Assembly: GCA_048939765.1 (NCBI GenBank)
Contig: JBHLPF010000044.1
Coordinates: forward strand, 3,950-17,908
DNA from: Promethearchaeota archaeon
Lineage (GTDB): Archaea > Asgardarchaeota > Thorarchaeia > Thorarchaeales > Thorarchaeaceae
Direction: 5' to 3'
Length of the DNA: 13,959 nucleotides
Shown here: positions 9,195 to 13,959 of the stretch, piece by piece
Layout of the letters: each line of letters begins with the position of its first letter
Position numbering within the stretch: position 1 is the stretch's first letter
The notes under the pieces: generated by a model
Told to the model about the DNA's origin: nothing
Seen by the model: only the letters and a program-made list of their open reading frames with translations
Databases searched by the model: none
Program-made: the position numbers and the translations under genes

Positions 9195-10406
9195 GTGGCC
9201 TATTTTGACAACGCTAATTCTACTCAGGTAGATGAACGTGTGATTGAAGCGATGCTCCCCTATTTCAGGGAGTACTATGGAACAGCTGGTCTTGAACTCA
9301 GTCATTCAAGGGATGTAGCAGCACTTAGGGGTCTCGAAACCGCCAGGAAGATAGTCGCAGACTCGCTTAATGCGGATCCGAGAGCGATAGTGTTCACTTC
9401 AGGTTCCACAGAGTCAAACAATCTGGCAATTCGCGGGACAGCCATTGCCAACAAGAAGCGTGGCAAGCATATCATAACTACTCCAATTGAACATCAGTCG
9501 GTCTTGGAATCATGCCGAAGACTTTCTGACGCAGGATATGACATCTCTTATCTCAGTGTAGATGAGTACGGACTTGTGGACATTGATGAGCTTCTAAGTA
9601 CGATTAGAAAGGACACGCAGTTGATTTCGGTTCAACATGCGAACGGGGAGATAGGCACTCTACAGCCTATAGGCGAGATAGCAAAGATAGCTGCTGAGAA
9701 AGACATTATGTTTCACACTGATGCAACTCATACCTTTCTCAAGGTGCCTATTGATACAGAAGCCAATCCTGTCAATCTTATTACTCTCGATGGTCATCAC
9801 ATTCATGGTCCAAAGGGAATAGGTGCGTTATTCATTAGAAGAAAGACGCGAATCACGAGGGTAATGGAAGGTGGCGATGAGGAGCGGCGCCTTAGACCCG
9901 GAGTGGAGAACATTCCAGCAGCGGTCGGATTAGGAAAAGCCATTGAGATTTGGGGCGAGAATGATACCGAGTACCTTCTATCGCTCCGTCACTATATGGA
10001 AAAGAGAATCTCAGAGAGTCTGACTGGTTTCAAGATAACAGGCCACCCGGTAGATCGAGTCCCACATATTTTCAGCATGGTCATTGAAATGATAGAGGGC
10101 GAAGCCATCCTTGTTCATCTGGATATGGAGGGATTTGCAGTCTCCACAGGTTCTGCATGTTCATCAAAGACACTGACTGGCAGTCATGTGCTCAAGGCCA
10201 TCGGGCTGCCTCCAGAGATATCACATGGTTCAGTGAGAGCATCCTTCTCAAGGTTCAACACCAAAGAGGAGATCGAAGACTTCGTTGAAGCCCTCGTACC
10301 AGTTGTTGAACGGTTGAGGGAGTTCAGCCCACTCAGAACTGGAGGGTACTTTGCAGAGGCCGACGAGAATGACCATCACCATGATTTACCAGACGACGAC
10401 TGGTGA
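9195..10406 (+). CDS. Group I cysteine desulfurase (IscS/NifS) homolog lacking the PLP-binding lysine
   Basis: YFDNANST, FTSGSTESNN, EHQSV, ANGEIG, HTDA, GPKGIG, STGSACSS (Cys at 10158) and GSVRAS are present, but SxHK is replaced by DGHH (9789-9800). Start is GTG 9195 (7 nt after the regulator stop) or ATG 9168. Confidence 0.9.
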   Translation: MAYFDNANSTQVDERVIEAMLPYFREYYGTAGLELSHSRDVAALRGLETARKIVADSLNADPRAIVFTSGSTESNNLAIRGTAIANKKRGKHIITTPIEHQSVLESCRRLSDAGYDISYLSVDEYGLVDIDELLSTIRKDTQLISVQHANGEIGTLQPIGEIAKIAAEKDIMFHTDATHTFLKVPIDTEANPVNLITLDGHHIHGPKGIGALFIRRKTRITRVMEGGDEERRLRPGVENIPAAVGLGKAIEIWGENDTEYLLSLRHYMEKRISESLTGFKITGHPVDRVPHIFSMVIEMIEGEAILVHLDMEGFAVSTGSACSSKTLTGSHVLKAIGLPPEISHGSVRASFSRFNTKEEIEDFVEALVPVVERLREFSPLRTGGYFAEADENDHHHDLPDDDW

Positions 10407-10418
10407 AGAATCCCAAAT

Positions 10419-10436
10419 ACAACCAAAACAACCAAA
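10419..10436 (+). repeat. Short tandem repeat (ACAACCAAA)x2 in a CCAAA-rich intergenic stretch
   Basis: Direct reading: ACAACCAAA ACAACCAAA, with further CCAAA units nearby. Confidence 0.6.
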
Positions 10437-10529
10437 AGGTGCCCAAAGCCATAGACGTGAGTCATAGGGTATTGAATCGAACTGAGATGACCCTGATAGC
10501 CAAACCAAGAATCCGATGAGGTCAGATAA

Positions 10530-10793
10530 TTGACTGAAAAGAAACGAAGAATAGTGCAAGTTGTGAGAGATGTCATCTACGGAATGGCATTTCATGGCAT
10601 GGCAAGATATGCTCTAAAGACACGTATGTACCTTGAAAACCTGTTTCTGATTCTAACATATGGTGATATGCTAGGTATACCGATTCTTCCGCCTTATTAT
10701 TCATTGAAGCTCCTACCTTATGCGGTTCCCAATATCAGAAATTGGAAGCGGACATTATTCAAGGAACGTGACTTCACAGACTCGCTTTATTGA
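10530..10793 (+). CDS. Small protein resembling the CstA/ArsA-associated small-protein family
   Basis: TTG start after GAGGT. The pattern LENLFLILTYGDMLGIPILPPYYSLKLLPY..P....WKR..KE.D matches, from memory, small proteins encoded beside CstA and ArsA-family ATPases. Confidence 0.7.
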   Translation: MTEKKRRIVQVVRDVIYGMAFHGMARYALKTRMYLENLFLILTYGDMLGIPILPPYYSLKLLPYAVPNIRNWKRTLFKERDFTDSLY

Positions 10794-10931
10794 GATAAGC
10801 ATGTAGATGTTGCGAAGAGGACCATTTCTCGATAGGGTTTGAATTCAACGCACATTGTTTGACAGATAATAAATGCCAAATAGGGGTGTTCTGATATCCC
10901 TCATCATAGAAGAAGAGCACGAGGGAATACT

Positions 10932-11342
10932 ATGGATCGTGATCAGCTTGTTAAATTGTTTGACAGACAGATAGATGTCGAAGACAGAGCCATCAAAGCA
11001 TATGGGGATGCGTTGGCGATGATTGGGAACTTCGCATTCAGACTCATTTTTGAAGGACTTCTAATGGACTCCAAGAAACACAAAAGAATCTTCGAGGTCC
11101 TTAAAGAGAACATAATGCTTCCTCCGTCGGAATGGGATCTGGCTGTGAGTAAGAAAATCGGTGAATATGTTTCCCCAATCGAGCTTGAAAGGCATATAAA
11201 ACTGGAAGAGGGAATGATTGAGCTAATTAAGAAGAACGCGAAATCAGTGGAGGACAAGACAATACGAAACCTTCTTGAACATGTCCTTGAGGATGAGGAA
11301 CGTCACCACTCTGTCATTAAGAAACTAATCGCCCAGCTCTAA
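10932..11342 (+). CDS. Ferritin-like/rubrerythrin-like four-helix-bundle protein
   Basis: Two helical-hairpin repeats, E..A...Y....DSKKH and E..M....DEERH. There is no rubredoxin domain. GAGGGA RBS and an AT-rich TATA-like ATAATAAAT at 10866-10874. Confidence 0.8.
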   Translation: MDRDQLVKLFDRQIDVEDRAIKAYGDALAMIGNFAFRLIFEGLLMDSKKHKRIFEVLKENIMLPPSEWDLAVSKKIGEYVSPIELERHIKLEEGMIELIKKNAKSVEDKTIRNLLEHVLEDEERHHSVIKKLIAQL

Positions 11343-11353
11343 AAGGGCAATAT

Positions 11354-11382
11354 CACTTCAGGGAATAGTTATCCCTGAAGTG
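11354..11382. terminator. 11-bp stem-loop between convergent genes (possible terminator or RNA-stability element)
   Basis: CACTTCAGGGA-atagtta-TCCCTGAAGTG, 11 nt after the ferritin-like stop. There is no long U tract. Confidence 0.5.
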
Positions 11383-11475
11383 TTCCAATTCTATAGAATC
11401 GAATGGCCTTGAAAACAGGCTCGATAGATTGAGATTTAGGAGCGACAATCGCGCCAACCCAGCACATTACTTCCC

Positions 11476-12024
11476 CTAGCGGTCAAAGAAGACGCTTTTG
11501 CCAGTTGCAGACAGAGGAATGCACATGACAATTGGACAATCAGGCATCAAGTCCATATTAACAGCAGCGGCACCAGCGCGATAGAAGATGCGGTTATCCA
11601 CATTATGAATCTGCGCAGTCTTAGCAGCGCTCCCTAGGGCAATACCTAAGTCGAGGGCCTTGATTGTGCAGATTGGTCCTGTGTATGCGGCTCCTTTCTT
11701 ATGGTCAGCCTTAGAAAATTCAGCGCATGTTACATGGCCGCAGGCACCGCAATTGATTCCCAAGGATTTGAAACCCTTCAATCCTATTAGAACAAGTGCC
11801 GATGATTGCTCTACATTCACGGCATCGCGAATGAAATTCTCTCCATATTCTTCAGCCATTTTTCGCATTTCTTTTGCTACCTCGTCCTTTTCCTCTCCTG
11901 TGAGAATGGCAGTCTCAATGTCATCTTTGCCTGCCGCTTTGGGAGCAGTTCTTGCAGAGAGAAGTATAAGACGCGCAACATCAATAACCGACTTGCTTTC
12001 TTCATCTACACCTGAGATACGCAT
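11476..12024 (-). CDS. DUF2148 family ferredoxin-domain-containing protein (COG4739-like)
   Basis: SARTAPKAAGKDDI, CGACGHVTC...GPIC, DLGIALGSAAKTA, VDNRIFY, and PLSATGKSVFFDR. GGTGA RBS lies upstream. Confidence 0.88.
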   Translation of the reverse strand: MRISGVDEESKSVIDVARLILLSARTAPKAAGKDDIETAILTGEEKDEVAKEMRKMAEEYGENFIRDAVNVEQSSALVLIGLKGFKSLGINCGACGHVTCAEFSKADHKKGAAYTGPICTIKALDLGIALGSAAKTAQIHNVDNRIFYRAGAAAVNMDLMPDCPIVMCIPLSATGKSVFFDR

Positions 12025-12129
12025 GATATCACCAAAGCATGAGTGTGCATCCGCAACCTATAGTCTTTGTCGTTCAAATTGAATACGAGAATCATGTTCG
12101 AACCATAAAATGGCTATTCTGAATTCGTT

Positions 12130-13056
12130 CTATTGTTCTATTCTCAGGTTCACGTTGTTTATGGCATCGAGGCAGGCAAAGATGAAGTCATTTGTCGGAG
12201 TGGAAACATGAAATTCACGACCAAGACGTACAACTGCGCCGTTTAGGATATCAATCTCAATTCTCCTCTTATTCGTCAGGTCGCGATACATGGAGGGTCT
12301 GATATCAGGATTGAGACCCAGTGAGAAACTCATGAGTCTTTGCAGAACGTCATCAGACAGTGAAACGCCCTTTGCTCTGGCAAGCTCAATGATTTCAGCC
12401 ATAGTGCGCTCATACAGCTGTTTCGTTCCTTCATAGCGTAAGATTGGGCCTACAGGTAGTCCTGTCAAGCTGCAGAGACCTCCAACTGCACAAATGAAAG
12501 TGAATTTCTCCCACTCCTCAGCAACAACATTCGTTGATAGGCTTGCATTTATTCCTGCGCTTTTGAATACTTCAAGAATTTGCTTTCCCCGATCAGATTC
12601 TCTCCCGTCTATTTCACCAAAGGCAAGCCTCTCCAGTCCTTCATGATTGATTATCCCGGGCGCCTCAATATAGGCGCTCAAGGTGCACAATCCACCCATT
12701 ACATTGTCAGCACCAAGAATGCTGCCAAGTATCTCTTCCTTCTCTATACCATTCTGCAATGATATGACTGTGGTATCATTTGACACCAATGGTTTGACCT
12801 GATTAGCAGCATCTTCTGTGTCGTACCCCTTAACACAGAAAAGAATCAGATCAACCGGGTCAAGCTCAGACGGGCTATCTGTCGCTACTGATTTAACAGC
12901 AAAATCACCCTTTGGACTTCGAATCTGCAATCCGTTCTTCTTGATTGCCTGAAGATGCTCCCCTCTAGCAATGAGAACAACATCCTCACCAGATTTGGCT
13001 AGTAGTCCTCCGAAGTATCCACCAACACCGCCTGTACCCATAATAGCAATTCGCAA
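12130..13056 (-). CDS. panE: 2-dehydropantoate 2-reductase (ketopantoate reductase family)
   Basis: IAIMGTGGVGGYFG, ARGEHL, CVKGYD, SLQNG, WEKF (catalytic Lys), and SMYRD....RRIEIDILNG (catalytic Glu). Start is TTG 13056 or TTG 13068. Confidence 0.9.
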   Translation of the reverse strand: MRIAIMGTGGVGGYFGGLLAKSGEDVVLIARGEHLQAIKKNGLQIRSPKGDFAVKSVATDSPSELDPVDLILFCVKGYDTEDAANQVKPLVSNDTTVISLQNGIEKEEILGSILGADNVMGGLCTLSAYIEAPGIINHEGLERLAFGEIDGRESDRGKQILEVFKSAGINASLSTNVVAEEWEKFTFICAVGGLCSLTGLPVGPILRYEGTKQLYERTMAEIIELARAKGVSLSDDVLQRLMSFSLGLNPDIRPSMYRDLTNKRRIEIDILNGAVVRLGREFHVSTPTNDFIFACLDAINNVNLRIEQ

Positions 13057-13194
13057 TTGACAAATCAACCCCGGCTGTGCGTTGATTGAATAAAGGGCTT
13101 CACTCTCTTAAGTATGCTTAACAGAAATGCATCTGAATGTCATCCAGTCGAATTGCAATCCACAAATCCTTGCCTCTCGACAAGGATATCTTTC

Positions 13195-13554
13195 CTATGG
13201 CATCATATGCCGCTCAGATGAGATGAATGCATCAATCATTCGGCAAGAAGGACAGCCATAGCTTTGATACTCAGTTCCTGCGAGGGCACCTACCATCATC
13301 TTCTCTACAGCCAATCCAAATCCGGACTTCTCATGTAGGTCAAGATGGTAGCCAGATTCCTTGGAAGCCTTGCTTAATTCGGAAACCTGCCTGTAGAAGG
13401 CGTCATTGCTCATCGAGAACATGAAATGAAAGACACTGGCGTTCTTCACGTGATCTCGAAGGCGCACGACCGCATAGCCATCAGTAGTGTCATGCTTCTC
13501 GCGATACCGGATATCAATACTCAGGATGTCCTCAGGTCCAACCATTATTCCCAT
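13195..13554 (-). CDS. Hypothetical protein with a C-terminal CxxC (CPSC)
   Basis: 119-aa ORF filling the gap, with an AGGTG RBS and a TTTTAAAG TATA-like box (13598-13605) upstream. No family recognised. Confidence 0.7.
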   Translation of the reverse strand: MGIMVGPEDILSIDIRYREKHDTTDGYAVVRLRDHVKNASVFHFMFSMSNDAFYRQVSELSKASKESGYHLDLHEKSGFGLAVEKMMVGALAGTEYQSYGCPSCRMIDAFISSERHMMP

Positions 13555-13597
13555 TTCTAATACACACCTTATTCTAGAAATAGCATAAGGATTAATG

Positions 13598-13620
13598 CTT
13601 TAAAAGTTAACTATAGTGAT
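13598..13620 (-). promoter_or_regulatory. TATA-like box with an adjacent operator-like palindrome
   Basis: Minus-strand TTTTAAAG (13605-13598), preceded by TTAACTATAGTGAT (13607-13620, + strand). The latter is 12/14 identical to the palindrome TTCACTATAGTGAA. Confidence 0.45.
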
Positions 13621-13716
13621 ATATTTTGGCAGGCCTGCATTTCATGAAATTCACTATGGCGGTGTATTGCCTGTTTTGGCTAATTCGATGCCGAGCTAGA
13701 CCCATCCATTGATTGG

Positions 13717-13959
13717 TTATTGAGGACTGAAAGATAGCATGTCCTCGCAGAATTTCTCAATGCCTTGCACACCCGCTACCTCAGAGGGGTATAGAGGCAC
13801 ATAGGCGTTGACCAAATCTCCGAGCTGCTCACTAATCATATCCATATATCTAGTCTGCTGAAGATAGCTGTTCTTCATGTATTCAGTCGCATCTTCATCA
13901 GCGGCCTTTTTGGGAATGATTCTATTTACAAACACGCCTCCTACCGGTATATCGAAAGC
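13717..13959 (-). CDS. 3' end of an ArsA/Get3-family ATPase (partial)
   Basis: The frame is open to the window edge: AFDIPVGGVFVNRIIP...Y...SYLQQTRYMDMI.....VPLYPSEVAGVQGIEKF. This matches the ArsA/Get3 C-terminal pattern IPV...vNRv ... Q..Y...I ... P....EV.G. Confidence 0.8.
   Translation of the reverse strand, partial: AFDIPVGGVFVNRIIPKKAADEDATEYMKNSYLQQTRYMDMISEQLGDLVNAYVPLYPSEVAGVQGIEKFCEDMLSFSPQ

Noticed and set aside
10407-10510. CCAAA-rich repeats as a CRISPR remnant or mobile-element end
   Set aside because: The units are 5-9 bp without spacer periodicity, and no cas or transposase genes are present.
10404-10530. Selenocysteine read-through of the IscS-like TGA with a SECIS-like ATGA..AAA..GA pattern at about 10487-10526
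   Set aside because: The helix between the putative core motifs does not base-pair, and read-through gives only a short non-conserved peptide (RIPNTTKTTKRCPKP).
10376-10595. Two short minus-strand ORFs (66 and 69 aa) across the intergenic region
   Set aside because: They overlap better-supported genes at both ends and have no recognisable motif.
10791-10835. Sec read-through of the TGA ending the 87-aa protein
   Set aside because: There is no Cys/Sec motif context, no convincing SECIS downstream, and the extension (DKHVDVAKRTISR) is uninformative.
10943-12082. Antisense ORFs 10943-11257, 11660-12082 and 11806-12015, and similar shadows elsewhere (for example 2422-2712, 5534-5809, 7720-8031)
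   Set aside because: They lie opposite well-supported genes and have the Ser/Pro-rich composition typical of antisense frames.

Overview
Gene-dense prokaryotic window with archaeal-style signals: GGTGA/GAGGT/GGAG ribosome-binding sites, TATA-like boxes and several TTG/GTG starts. An Asgard (Thorarchaeia-like) origin is only a guess. The left half is metabolic: partial membrane protein, M50 site-2 protease, FadH-type 2,4-dienoyl-CoA reductase, MBL-fold hydrolase, 4-TM protein, pterin carbinolamine dehydratase, lactate permease, extended SDR and a class III sirtuin. The most notable part is 8660-10410. There an archaeal HTH regulator with a Cys/His-rich C-terminus sits behind an 11-bp inverted repeat and is coupled to an IscS/NifS homolog. 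That homolog keeps the catalytic Cys but has lost the PLP Schiff-base Lys and other PLP-pocket residues (SxHK->DGHH), and it ends in a His/Asp tail. A near copy of the operator-like palindrome recurs beside the TATA box of an orphan CxxC gene at about 13.6 kb. Also present: a small protein of the type usually found with CstA/ArsA, a ferritin-like protein, a DUF2148 Cys-cluster protein, PanE and the 3' end of an ArsA/Get3-family ATPase. No RNA genes, CRISPR arrays or mobile elements were seen. All family calls come from motif recognition, not database searches.
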